A stretch of 60,000 nucleotides of DNA from Lama glama (Eukaryota). The notes under the pieces are model-generated. The model was not told the origin of the DNA, did not search any database, and saw nothing but the letters and a program-made list of their open reading frames with translations. The position numbers were made by a program, and so were the translations under genes. Below are positions 37,401-49,916 of this stretch, piece by piece; the first letter of the stretch is position 1; every line of letters begins with the position of its first letter. The stretch spans positions 30,940,001-31,000,000 of the forward strand of contig CM052818.1 in assembly GCA_028534125.1 (NCBI GenBank), read 5' to 3'.

Positions 37401-38250
37401 GGCAGCGCGGTGAATTCCTGGGTGAGGGGCTGCTGGGCTTCCTGGTCTTTCCTGGGTGGCCTCTATGGGCAGCAAGGGCACAGGGCAGAGGCGAGATGGG
37501 ACCCTCTCGCTGCTGAACGGGCCCCGCACTGGGGTGGCGAAAGTGTTCTCGGTTTTGCTCTCCTGTCACCTCGGATTCTGTCCCTGGGGCAGAAGATTCC
37601 AGGCTTTAAATCCTTTGCCTCATCAGTCTGTCCAAGAACCTGGGTCCTCTGTAGGTACAAATAAAAATCTTGTGTTTTCTTAGAAGGAGATTTAAGTATT
37701 CATAAAAATGGACAGCGTGTTATGTGTATACATTACTCAGTAAATTCAGGCGTCATTAAGGTTGTAGTAGAGCGAGGAGAATTCATGTTGCCAGGGCCCA
37801 TCAGCAATCCTGGCCGTGGGCGCGGAGACGGGATGGGAGGTGGGTGCTGAGGTCCACTGCCACTCCTAACAAGCCTTATGGGCCACGGGGGGTTAACCCC
37901 AAGCTTGCAAGTTACCAGGGGTCATCCCTGCTAAGGGCCATGGGGTTGGAGAGAGATCGAGTCGTAGGAACTTTTATGGAAAGGGGGAGACAGAATTGAT
38001 ACATGAAACAAATGATATTAACAGAATAACCCTGGGGCCAGACAGACTGGGGTTCAGATGAGAAGTCTGCTCATCTGAACAGCTTGCTTGGAGGCCTTTG
38101 CTCATCATGTGGTGGTCATGATCTTAATCACATTGCAGGGTTGAATCATGAGTGCAGAGCCTGGCACGTTGTAATAATCATAGCTAACGTCACTGAGCAA
38201 TCACTGTCATCCAGGTACTGTTTTAAACTTTGCAGGTGTTTGATACCTTG

Positions 38251-38597
38251 TGTCTTGGATCAGGATCCACAGAAGTAGAGCCTTGTGAAGTGGTGTCATG
38301 AGAGTACTCCTAGGAGAAGGGGAGTCAGGGAGCACAGGAAGGCACAGGGAGGCCATACACGGCTGGGGTCTCAAAGCCTGGCTTTGGCCTAGACCCATGG
38401 GAGCTCTGGAGAGAAGACTGCTCAGCCCATGGAACTGGCTGCTCGGCAGGGTTGGCGGGTCCCACTCAGTGGAGGGCGGGTCTTTGGAGCAGAGGGCGGC
38501 TGTGAGAGGTGGGCTGCCAGCACTCTCTGCAGCTGGGGGAGGGCTGTGCAGGTGCAGTGAAAGGGATCTGGGTGGGGCCACAGTGGCATCCACCATA
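38251..38597 (-). mobile_element. ERV-L 3' LTR (LTR16/LTR33/LTR67-like group)
   Basis: On the minus strand, a PPT-like ggagtggtggac precedes LTR start tatggtggatgc; the distal end tgtcttggatcaggatccacagaagtagagcc is typical of old ERV-L LTRs; directly adjoins the ERV-L internal region. Confidence 0.7.
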
Positions 38598-41460
38598 GTC
38601 CACCACTCCATTCAGTACAGTCCAGACTCCACCCACATACAGCTTCTCTGGGATTTGGCTTGGTCCCAGGTTCTGCGGAAAGTGGTAAGGGAGGGTTAGT
38701 AGAATAAAGCATGGCTCCTGCTGCTGCCGTGGTTCCCAGGGCTGTACCTGATTCTCGTTGTCCCCCTCTCCACCACCCACTCTGGATCCCCCTCCGCCTC
38801 CATCTACACAGAGGTCTGGTCTAGGCGGCTCACCTGGCCAGATGATCCAGACCTTCATCCCCGAGGCCCTGGTTACTGTGCCCGTCAGTCAGCAGACGCA
38901 GTGCCTGCCTAGTTACAGTTACGGCTGAGCACGAGGGAACCCAGAGATGCTCCAGGAAGTCACCCGAGCACCAAACATATTCCTCCTCCCCTTATCACAC
39001 AGCAGCCCCTTCTCACCTCACCTCACCTCCATCCCCCTCCCCGCTAGGTTAAGTAACTCTTTTCTGTGCCTGCTGGTTTGCTGGAAGAGGAATCAGGATG
39101 GAGGAGGTAGCACTCACAGCTTGGAGTTTAAAGGGACTCTGTCCCCTTAGGTGGGACTGAGAGTGGGAAGTGAGCAGTGACTCTCTGTTTCACATGGCAC
39201 AGACAGCCTTAACTGTGGACAGAAGCACAGACTCCCTAAGTGTGGCATTGGTGAATAGGCCCACTCCTACTTCTGCTCCTTGGCCCCAGATCCATCCATG
39301 AATGCTGTGTGTTGCCTGTAGAGCACCATACCCTGGCCGTGGGTGTGTGGCGGCGCCCTGAGCGATGGTGTCCTGTCCTCTCAGGGCATCATCTCCTTGC
39401 AGGTGCCTCAGCTGCGCTCTAATAGGTCATGTGCTCTAATAGGATGTCATGAATGTTTTAGGACAAGTGCATCTGTAGTCTGGTACCCACGACTTTTCCT
39501 CTTTGACGTAAAACAAATCCCTGGGTACAAGATGATGTTATTCTGGGTGGATCCTCTGCTGATAGGTCAGACTTTCTGCGAGCCCTTAACAGTGGTACTG
39601 GCTGGGGCTCTACAGACTGGAAATGCAAACACATACCTGGAATAGTGTTCATCCGGGAAGGATGAATCTCTTGCTGCCTTTTCCATTGTGGAAGGGTCCA
39701 CTGTACAGTTCACCCTTGAACAACTCAGGGGATGTTCCCAGTATAACTTATAGTCCGCCTGTCATATCCAGAGTTCCTCTGCATCCTTGGATTCAACCAA
39801 CAGCAGACCATGGAGTACTGTTTTATTTCCTATTGAAAAATATCTGTCAGTAGACCCATTCCAATTTCATTTTATGGGGGCTTCTCCCAGGCCTACTCAA
39901 CCTTATGACTTTGTAGGTCCCACACCACCCAGTTCATTAGGAGTAGTTTTGACTACGTGGTTGCTTCATGTCCCATGGTTAAGTTTTTTTATGTTCTTCT
40001 TGTACTTGGTATCCCAGGGTTTGTGGGGGGGTGTTTTAATATTCTCCTTCTATGGGGGTCCAGTAGCATGTCCTGGCATATAGCACCGGCCTCAGATGGC
40101 ACATATAACCTCGCTGCATGGCCCTATGGTTCTCCATTGCAACTCCCCTATTGGGCATTTTTCTCCACCACAGATACCTCTGGTCCACGGGATCTGCCAA
40201 GCTGTGTGCCCTGGGTGTCAGGGCTACTTGACCTGTAGTCTCGGTCTGCCATGGAGCATGTTTTTGTTCTGTGTCTTCTAAAACCAGCAGCCTTTGATGT
40301 TACCTAATAAATGGGTAGGACCAGGGTTCCCAAGCATGGAAGATGCTGATTCCAAAACCTGAAGAGAGCTGGCAAATGCTGTCCTTTTCTCTCAGTGGAG
40401 AAGGTACAAAGTGCAATCAGATAGATGTCTTTCACTTTGGAGGGGTGCTCCAACATTCCCCAGATCACTGGGCCCTAAAACTTCAGCCACAGGTCAAGCC
40501 CCTGTCTCTTGTCCCTCCCACCTGCTGCAGCACATGTATCTTACCAAGACTTCCGAGGTGTTGCCAGTTCTGCTCATCTGGCCTGTTTTACATGATGCCG
40601 TCAGTGTATTGGACCCAGGTGATGTTCTGAGGTATGTCCAGATAGTCTGGGTCCCTGTGGATGATGCTGTGATAGAGACGAGGAGAATGAACATATAGCA
40701 CTGGAGCAAGTCTGTGAAAGTATATTGTTGTCCATTCCCGGTGAAGGTGAACTTCTGATCTGCATTCTTGATGGATATTGAAATAAAACGTTCACTAGGT
40801 CAGTAGCTGCATATCGCCTGCCCAAGGCTGCATCAGTCTGTTCTAGCACGGATACACATGCCTGCCACCTGCTTAGCTTTGTGGTGGTTCATTATGATCT
40901 GCCATAATCCATCCAGTCCTTGGCTGGGCCAGGATGGTGATTTAAATGAGTATTGATAGACATCGCTACCTTGGCATTTTTTAAAGCTTTGGGGGGGTGC
41001 TAATCCCCCAGAGGGAATGGGATTTCAGGGGCTTCCACTTGTCCCTTCCTACTATGGTGCTCTTACACTACAGGCCAAAGAAGCAATGTGGCATTTCTGC
41101 TAACTACGTATGTCCTTTCCAGTTTTATACTGAAGAACCAGGGAAATGACCACCAGGTGGGTCTGTGGATCCGGTCATCCCACTGCAAGACTAATTTGGG
41201 CCATGTCTCCATCTCTTAGCTGACCCCTCTTTGTTTGCCCCCAGTCTGTAATGGCACCTTGGGTCATACGGTGTCAGTAAAAAATTAGACCTTGTAATTG
41301 ATAGTCCTCGAAAGACCTGGGTATAGTTACCCTTTTGAAAAAGGACTGACTTTTTTCTCCATTTAATTCCACAGCTCTTATAGGTACTACATCCCTTGAA
41401 ACTTCTTAAACACCAGTTGCCTCGCACCAGCCAGCCCACCCTTTCACCTGCATCCGGGAC
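38598..41460 (-). pseudogene. ERV-L internal relic (protease, reverse transcriptase, partial RNase H, integrase), heavily decayed
   Basis: Minus-strand translations: KGNYTQVFRGLSITRSNFLLTPYDPRCH (protease-like, ~41250-41340); LEQTDAALGRRYAATDLVNVLF (RT YAAIDLANAFF motif, ~40780-40850); LMNWVVWDLQSHKV (~39910-39945); TYSRYVFAFPVCRAPASTT (integrase core, ~39590-39650); MKVWIIWPGEPPRP (integrase C-terminus, ~38820-38858). Confidence 0.9.
39706..39860 (+). mobile_element. Tigger2/MER8-like TcMar MITE, right end missing, nested in ERV-L integrase
   Basis: TA + cagttcacccttgaacaac TIR; gtataacttatagtccgcc...tctgcatccttggattcaaccaac...tattgaaaaa. Confidence 0.8.
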
Positions 41461-41489
41461 ATTTTCCACTTATGTCCTTTGTCTCTTCT

Positions 41490-41900
41490 GGGATCCAATT
41501 CCGGATCCCACACCACCTTCAATTGCTTCTTAGTCTCTTCCCATCTGTGACAATTCTCTCTTCTGTGTCTTCAGTGCACTTGACGCTTTGAAGAGTACCA
41601 TTCAGTTATTTTGTAGACCATCTTTTCAGTTGGGTTTTTCTGATGTCTTCTCCTGGTGAGACTGAGGAGGTTCTGTGCTTTGGGCGAGAATGCTGCAGAA
41701 GCCGTGTGGAGCCCTGGGTGCACCATTTCGGGGGATTCGTGCTATCGACATGTCTGATTACTGTGATGTTAACCTTGATCCCTTGGCTAAGGTGGTGCCA
41801 CCTGGTTTCCCCATTGTAAAATTGCCACTTTCCCCCTTTGTACTTAATATAAATCTTGGAGGGATACAGTTTGAGACTATGCGAATATCCTGTTTGACTT
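41490..41900 (-). mobile_element. Ancient L1 (L1MC/MD-like) 3' UTR fragment
   Basis: tttgaagagtaccattcagttattttgtaga...tgatgttaaccttgatcccttggctaaggtggtg...tttgagactatgcgaatatcctgtt. Confidence 0.8.
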
Positions 41901-42879
41901 GGGTGTTAGGATAGGTGGATGCTGTTTTTATGCTGCTTTCTGGACCCTTTTCATATGGTGGAGTTGACTTCTTTCAGCGGGTCTCTTATCAGGAGTGGAA
42001 TTTGGGATGCTCTGTGCAGGCTGAAGGCAGCTGCTTCTCAGCTCCCTCTGTGGGCAGCGAGCTGACACTCCTTAATGGCTATTGGTCGTGGTTGGCTCTG
42101 TCATAGGCAACAGGACTTTGTTAGCCTGTCCTGCTTCCTCTTCTCATCCCCTCTCCTGTTAATTTACACTCTAGCCTCATGTTTCCTGGCCTTTCTCCCT
42201 CCTTCCTTTGGTTTGCTGGTTGAATCCGTTGTGGCCACAAAGACTTCATGTGGGGCATGCAGTCTGCTCAGAGCTCAGCACCTAGACCCATGGGAAACCA
42301 GGGGTCTCAGAGATTATCGGCTCCCACCCTCTCACTTCCTGGAGGAGGAAAGAGACACAGGGAGGCTGAGAGGAATGAGTGGGCGCCAGTGCTGGGTCTA
42401 GAACTTGGCTTCCTGACCTCCACGTGCCCCGTTCCCCGCGGTGCCCTGTTCCCTGTGGTGCCCTGTCCCCCAGGGCCGGTCCCACAGAGACCACCTCCCG
42501 GTGCTCAGGAGGAGGTGCCCACCCCGTCCCTCACCCTGCTCCTCTCCTGCGGTGAAGTCTTGTTCCCGTTCAGTCTTGGGCTTCTCTTCCTCGGTCCTGA
42601 GGAAAGGGGGCTGCTCCCTGCCTGGATGGGAACTGGGGGCCCCCGCCTCCCTGTGGAGAAGGCTTCTCTCTGCTCTGACCTGGAGCGCTGGGACAGGGAC
42701 CTTTGTGAAAGCCCAGAGTCTCCCATGAGCCGCCCAGACCCAGAGTAGTGGTTCCTCCTCTTGCTTTTTTGAGGGGAGGGTGGAGGGTGGGGGTCCTCAC
42801 CTTCATGCTCATTTTATCCTCATCTTGATCTCTTTCACCTCTTAGTGAACAGATGTTATTTACAAGTCACTGATTTTTA

Positions 42880-43032
42880 TACATGATATTTTCATTTAAT
42901 CCTTAAACTCTATAAGATGGGAATGATTTGCCCCATTTTACAGATGAGGGAACTGAGGCTCAAATAGGTTACATGGCTTCCTCCAAATCACACAAATAGT
43001 AAGTGGTAGAGCTGGCATCAAAACCCAGGTCT
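42880..43032 (-). mobile_element. MIR SINE
   Basis: tcatttaatcct...ccccattttacagatgagggaactgaggctca...gtggtagagctggcatcaaaacccaggtct. Confidence 0.9.
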
Positions 43033-43099
43033 TGAGAAAACTTAGGTCTATTTTTGCATCTTATTAACAGCTTTCATGACAGCTTATAGGGATATAAGC

Positions 43100-44400
43100 T
43101 TAAAGCCATTATCCACATTATTATTATTTTTAGATCGCCAGAGTCTATAACATTTTCACAGTTTTATATGAGCATTCCCAGAACTGTTTCGTTTTAATTT
43201 CATAATTAAATAGATTCAGTGTGCCACTGGTTCTTACACTCCATTCCTGGGCTTTGTATTTTAACTGTCTCTTCATTGGCTGGATGTATATTTTAGTGGA
43301 TTCCCCAAAATGGGCTCATGTGATCCTGGAGTTCTCTGATGGTGGGAATGTCAGTGCCTTGCCTTCTATGCTTGAACCGGTTAAGATGCTCTCGGGTCAC
43401 ACCTGGAGCTAGCCTTTGCAGGGATTCCTTTATTGTCCTCTGACGGTGAGTGTTGCTCCGGGAAAGTCTGAGGTCAGCAAACGGCGTCCCTTCTGTAGGT
43501 GTTTGTTAGTCCTGCCTGGATGCTTGGTGGTTTCTGTCTTCATCTTCCAAGTTCAGTATCTAAACCAGAAAACGTCTCTGGGGCAATTTCTCTGTATCAG
43601 TTTTTTTGTGTGGAACGTGGTGTGCTCATTTGTTGTGTAGATTCAATTTTTTTATTCATTTCAGGGACTTAAAAAAAAAAGATGAATACCTTTTTGTGCA
43701 TTCCACCTGTGTCTCGGCTTCAGGGTCACCGGTTTTCTGATGTTGGGTCACCTTTGCTGTTTCTGCATGGTTTTTGTTTTTGTTTTTGTTTTTGTTTTTG
43801 TCTCCTTTAGTTTCTTCAGAAACTTGAGGGTTTCCCCTCTGCAAGTCATGGTGACTTGCCTAAAGGACCTGCTGCTAGTGGGTGGCAGATGGGGACGGAA
43901 CCCTTTAGTTGGTGTCAGCAATTAGATTTTCTGCTGTGTCTGCTCTGCTTCTTGGAACTTCTACATTTATTTATAGGTCCTGCAAAAGCGTTTAGTGGTT
44001 CTCGATTTTATAACCCTTCATTTCATTTCTTTGTTTTATCATCTAATCTTCTAGCTCATGTTTTATTAAATTCATGTTCTTAAGTCGTTCTGTAACACGA
44101 AGCATGTTTGGGTAATTTCTTTCTGTTCCTTAGGTTATGTTTTGTTTCAGACTGGGATTTTTGGTTTATGTGTATGTATGGTGGGGTTTTTTTTTTTCAC
44201 GCTATACTGCATTTCTTTGCTTTGTCCCCACCCGCCAAACCCCCCAGCTCATTGATGTTTGCATTGTTGCCCTGCAGTATTTTTTCAATTTGCCTTTCCT
44301 ACTGACCCTGATTTAGGGTGAGTCAACTCTTAACCACTTTCCCAGCATGTTCTTTTTCTCCACCAGGTGTAGTTTGAGGGCTGGGGGGGTGGTTCTGTGT
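43100..44400 (-). mobile_element. Very old L1/HAL1-like ORF1-region relic
   Basis: Long T-rich tract with antisense L1-like motifs (gttgctccgggaaagtctgaggtcagc, tttctgtcttcatcttccaagttcagt, tcatttgttgtgtagattcaatt); family uncertain. Confidence 0.55.
43771..43800. repeat. (TTTTTG)5 microsatellite
   Basis: Five perfect copies. Confidence 0.95.
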
Positions 44401-44519
44401 TCTGTCCACTTTCCTACAGCCTGGGAGCCTTGGCCAGGGCGAGGGTGGAGAGGCAGAGATGGCCTGAGGCTGGGAGTGGTCCTCATTAGAGTACCCAGAG
44501 TCTCTCCTGGATGCTCAGA

Positions 44520-44850
44520 GTCAGAGGGAAAACCGGGCTCCTACCTCTAAGGCATATGCAGTTTGGGAGAAGGCCCAATAAATAGGTAATTATAATAAGT
44601 GCCGTGACATAAGAGGAGGGGACACTTGTGGATTGCAGGGACTAGATTTCTCACCTTACTTTCATTACTAGTGGTGGCAATTTATTGTAAGAATGCCAGT
44701 TGTGTGTAGATTGGGATTAAGCCAGGTGAAGTCAGAAGTCCAGCAAAAGCCATGGTAAGGAACTTGGCCTTTATTCTGTCTAGAGAATCTAACTATATTT
44801 TAGAAAAGTCACTCCAGCAGCAGTGTGAAAATTAAGTACTGATCTAAAGA
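44520..44850 (-). mobile_element. L2 fragment
   Basis: gccatggtaaggaacttggcctttattctg...ttttagaaaagtcactccagcagcagtgtg. Confidence 0.6.
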
Positions 44851-45779
44851 CTTACATCCCCAAAGCCTATCAGTTGGTCAGCTCTATAAAGAGGCCAAAG
44901 AAACACCTTTTGTCCTTAGAGCTGGGGCACCATGGCCTGGAGAGGTTCCTGAAACAGGCTGACAGCCCCTACTCTTCTTTCTCCCTGAGGTGATTTCCTG
45001 AGGGTGATTTCAAATATCTTCAGCTTCTGGGCAACAGGTGAGGAACACCCAGCTTCCCCTCCCAGAGCTATTCCCTTGTGGGCCTCTGGAGATGCTTTCT
45101 AGAGCGGCCCAGATGGCAGCCAGGGCCAGAGTCTGCACATCTGGATAATATATCTCAAGGTTGTTGTCTTTCCAGCACAGCACAGAGCAGGGACCAATTC
45201 TGGGGTCCCTTTGCACAGCACACCTCATTACTGGGCTCAGCATGGGATGGGCAGACGCTGGCAGAGCTGGGGAATCGGCTTCGGCCCCTTAAAGGGTAGC
45301 TGAGAGGGAAGGAGGGAGGACATTATTGATTTCTTCCCTGCCAGGCAGGTCTGTCTTTGTGAGCTCATCATTTCAGGGAGGTACCCACTCCTCTAGACTG
45401 GACTTGAAAGCCAAGTGCTTCATAGGGCCCTGGGATGGCATTGGGTCCTTGATACTGTAAGCAGAAATTGGCATCTCTGTCTGCAAAGACAGTACTCTGG
45501 GTAGAAGGGCTTCTATCACATTGAAAAGGAGGACATCCATCCTCAAAATAGTTAAGAATGCCTCTCTATCTAACCCTACACTTGACAGATAGGGAAACTA
45601 ACCAGAGAGCCAGTGAACAGAGTGATTTACCACAGGATACAAGGTAATGACAGAGGGAGGTCTAAAAGCCAGATCTCCTGGCTCCTTCCAGGAATCCTCA
45701 CTGCCCCTCTGCTGAGATCACTCCCTGCCCCATGGGCACACCATGTCGTCTTCACTTTACTAACAGATGAAGTGGTAGC

Positions 45780-45960
45780 TGCTATTTATTGAGTGCTTAG
45801 TGTGTGCACGGCCCAGTGCTCAGTGCTTTATTTAGTCTATTCGTTCACGAAACAGCATCATGATTTTACAGCATAGGCAGCCAAGGGGCAGTCAGCTGAG
45901 AAGGGGAGGCTCATCACTTGCCCAAGGTCACAGAGACAGTCACTGGAGGAGAGAGATGGC
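45780..45960 (-). mobile_element. MIR SINE
   Basis: tatttattgagtgcttagtgtgtgc...cacttgcccaaggtcacagaga. Confidence 0.7.
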
Positions 45961-46267
45961 ACTGTCAGCTCTTTGAGGGCCTCCACTCTACCCAGCCCTC
46001 CTGTCTCAGTCGGATCCATCCCTCCAGGCTCAAGCCAGGACTTGCCCCCTCCCTGAAGTGGCAGCCTGGCCTTGGCTGGTCTTCCCTCCTCTGCAAGTTC
46101 TTTGTAGGCAGATGGTCCTGGTTCAACTGTCAGTCCGGCTGCTTCCTTGACGGCTGCCCTCAGGCACGTTTGCATCTCCTCCCCTAGCTCTGCTTGTGTA
46201 TAATGTGGGAATAATATCCGGATCTTGGGAATGTTAAGAGGATTAAATGAGATAATTAACATCCATT

Positions 46268-47990
46268 GAGTCATTTATTTGACACATATTGAAGAATCTA
46301 CTGTGTGCCATGCAATATGCCAGCGATGATGGGCAAAACAGACAGGTTCTGCTCTCAGGAGGGTTATGGCCAAGTCGGAGAAGCAGGCATGAAATACATC
46401 ATTAGACAACAGTACCTGGTACAGGCTGTGACTTCCACATTCTGTCAAAGATATGTCCAGGGTTCTAGGAGAGTACAGGAGGGGCTTTATTCAGCGTCAA
46501 GGTTCATGGAAGGCCTCTTCAAAGACAGACCCTTAGTCTGAGAGCTAATGGGTGAACAGGAATGATGGGATGAAGAATGGTCCAGGCAGCGTGCACAGCA
46601 GGTGTGGAGACCTGCGACGGTATGTTTGTTGGCTAGGATGGTCATTACAAAATACCACAGACTGGGTGGCTTAAATTGTAGAAGTTTATTTTCTCAAAGT
46701 TCTGGAGGCCTACAGCCTCAGATCAAGGTGTTGACGGGGCTGGTTTTTCCCGAGGCCTCTCTGCTTGGTTTGGAGACAACTGTCTTCTCATTGTGTCCTC
46801 GCGTGGCCTTTTCTCTGAAAGTGTCTCCCCCTGTTTTTATAAGGACACCGGTCATACAGGATTAGGACTCCCCTCTGATGGCTTCAGTTTAACTCGATCA
46901 CCTCTTTGAAGGCCCACGTGCAGTCACATGAGTCAGGGCCCACCCATATAACCTCTCTGAACCTTAATTACCTCTCTAAAGGCCCTGTCTCCAAACACAG
47001 TTACATTATGAGGTATTGGAGACTTCAACAGATGAATTTGGGGGTGGGGCGGCAAAACTCAGATGGCAAAGAGCTCAACTTGTTTTACGAGCTGAAGACA
47101 GGCCAGTGTGACTGGAGCCAAATAAACAAAGACGGGAACGGAGGGTGGGATGAGGCTGGAGGATTTGCAGAGCCAGATGAGGCAGGGCCTGGACAGAGTA
47201 GGGGTGGTGTTCTGAGTGCAGAGGGGAGCCACTGAGGGGTTTTTAAGCCAAAGTGAGAGAGGATCAGATGTCATTAAGAAGGTGATTCCTGGAAATGGGT
47301 TGTTGGGGCCAAAAGTAGAAATACGGAGTTGGGGCCTATTGCAGTCAGTATTCCAGAGAGGAGTCAGTGGTGGTGGGGTGTGGTTGTAGGAATGGGGATG
47401 GTGGGGGATGGATGGAGACATATTTTGGAGGTAGAGTCAGTGGGATGTGGTGATGGGTAAGCTGTGTTGGGGGCTGGGGGAGTGGTACAGGTGATCCAAG
47501 TGAAGACGAGGGTGAGAGAGAAGGAGTGTGAAGGGTGACTCGCAGATCCCCAGTTGAGCAGCTGCACAGAGGGTGGTGCTCTTTCCTCCTGGAGGACAGA
47601 CTGGAGGAGGTGCTGGTTGTGATGGGATGATCAGGAATTCCATTTGGGACCTACTCAGGGTGGAAGGCTTGTGAGACACCCAAGTAGGCATCGCAGAATT
47701 GACATTTGTTGAGTCTAGATTTTTTTGAGCTGAGAAAAGAGATCTGGGCTGGAAAGATACATGGGGAGTTACCCACCTGTAGAAGGTTTTAAAGATGCGG
47801 GAACAGAAGTCACCTGTGATGAGCATCTAATGACAACAAAAGAGGGACCAGGATTAAATTCACAGGGAGTTCCAATGTTTAGAAACCAGAGAGGAGGACA
47901 AGCCAGCAAAGGAGATGGGGAAGAGGCCAGAGGAGGAAAAGGTTGAGAAAAAGCCCTAGAGAAAGGGCTTCTGGAGGCCAGGAGACAAGA
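46268..47990 (-). mobile_element. L2 LINE, interrupted by an MLT1 LTR
   Basis: cattt...acatattgaagaatctactgtgtgcca; ggggagccactgaggggtttttaagc; caggaattccatttgggac; gagatctgggctggaaagatacatggggagt. Confidence 0.88.
46621..47061 (-). mobile_element. MLT1B/C-like MaLR solo LTR
   Basis: acaaaataccacagactgggtggcttaaa...tctggaggc...agatcaaggtgttg...ttataaggacacc...ccctgtctccaaacacagttacatt...gacttcaaca; TSD gacgg/gatgg. Confidence 0.9.
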
Positions 47991-49450
47991 GCATGCGATG
48001 GGAGCCTCCCTGGGGGGCAGAAGTTGCTGAGAGACCGAGGAAGAGGAATGTGCCAGATCCTGGCTCAATGCTGGGCACCCAGTGGGCACCCAATCAATGA
48101 GGGATCCTTTTCCTTGCCACTCTCTCCTTCTTAATTTGTTCTCGTATTTCTGAATACTTGTTACCTTTTCCCTCCGATTACACTAAGAACCCAAGAAATA
48201 ATGAAATGAATGAAGAAGTGAATGACAAGGGCAGCTGTGATGGGTAGTCTCCAGGGCAAGGTATCACTCCCCGCATCTCCCTCCTGCAGCCCTGAGCACT
48301 GATTTTGTCCGAGGGCCAGGGCCAGGCTGGGTGCAAGCTTCTGGGAAGCCAATGGCTCCTGTTTAGCAGGGGGCCCTCTGGGGGCCGCTTCGCATGCTCG
48401 TCAGGCATCCTGGCCTGAGCAGGACCGAGACAGTCCCCTTGGCTGCTAGTGCAGGGAGCCGCCTCCCCCAGCAGGTCGCCAGAGTCCCTGTCGCCTTTCC
48501 TCCCCGAGCGGTGTCGGCTGCACTGTAATCACACAATTACGATGCCATTAAAATGTCACATTTGGAGAAATCCATATAAACAAAGCATTAACAACCGCGT
48601 GAAAATTGTAGTCTTTACCTCTAATGACCCACTTTCTCTACACACCGCGCCCCCTCCCCCACCACAGCCTGACTCGGCTGCCATGTTCCCCAGCCTTGCT
48701 TTCAGAAGCAGATAAGAAGGTGCAGTCTTCGCTGCCTGGAAAGCCTTAACGTTTCATGTGCTGGGAGAGGCTCTTTGATGGAGCTGAAGACAGCCAGGCC
48801 AGGGGGACCCCTGCACTGAGCCACTTAGCGAATGAGACAAGAGGATGCCACGCCCGGTCCTCATGACGGAAGAGCCCTTGGAGAGAATCTGGTCCTTGGG
48901 AAACTGCGGAAAGCGACGGGTGTTGAAAAACCTGAGGGTTGGATTCATGCCATTGGCCTTGACTCTCTCCTTTTGGGAAGAGATCAGAGACTTAACCGGG
49001 TTACTCTCACGGCATAAGGCATTTCTGGAAGGAATGTCCTGTCCAGGGGCTGTGGGCCAGTGGGCCTGGATCCCTGCTACTGTGAGACCAGCCTGAGAAC
49101 CTAAGTGGATTGAGAGGCATGGGGTAATAGGACTGACACTTATAACCTCATTCCTGGAATAGCGCTCTGGAAAAGTGGTGATACTGAATTTTCGTTGTCA
49201 TCAGACTCTAACTTTAATACACTAAGGAAATGGATTTCTTACAGGAATCTTGTAGTGAGTGCTCTTATGAAGTAAACATAAGCAAGAGCAGATCTGGCCA
49301 AGTGATTATTCTCTTCCCAGTGTATTCAAATTGCAAATCGGACTCCCAAGGAATCTCATTTGCGGTTAAAGTGAGAGTACGCTTTATTCCGAGGAAGCAA
49401 AAAAGACCACTGTGGATGAAAAGATGTGGAATTAGTGTAGGGGAGGTTTT

Positions 49451-49916
49451 TTTACATTTTTTTAAATTGAAGTATAGTCGGTTTACAGTGTGTTAATTTC
49501 TGGTGTACAGCATAGTGATTCAGTTCTGCATTCATATATATGTTCCTTTTCATATTCTTTGTCATTATAGGCTATTACAAGGTATTGAATACAGTTCCCT
49601 GTGCTACATACAGTAGGACCTTGCTGTGTATCTATTTTATATATAGTAGTTTGTATCCACAAATCCCCAACTCCCGATTTATCCCCCCTCACCCTGTTCC
49701 CACTCTGGTGCCACAAGTTTGTTTTCTAGGTCTGTGAGTCTGTTTCTGTTCTGTAAATATGTTCATTTGTGTCATTTTTTAAATTGCACATATAAGTGAT
49801 ATATGGTATATGTCTTTCTCTTTCTGGCTTGCTTCACTTAGTATGACAATCTCCAGGTCCATCCATGTTGCTGCAAATGGCATTATTTTATCCTTTTTTA
49901 TGGCTGAGTAGTATTG
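49451..49916 (-). mobile_element. 5'-truncated L1 3' end (younger, Laurasiatheria/artiodactyl type)
   Basis: ttttaaattgaagtatagtcggtttaca...ggtgtacagcatagtgattcagtt...aatacagttccctgtgcta...ggtccatccatgttgctgcaaatggcattatt; TSD agtgtaggggaggtttt (49434-49450) / agtataggagcggtttt (49917-49933), 14/17 identical. Confidence 0.93.
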
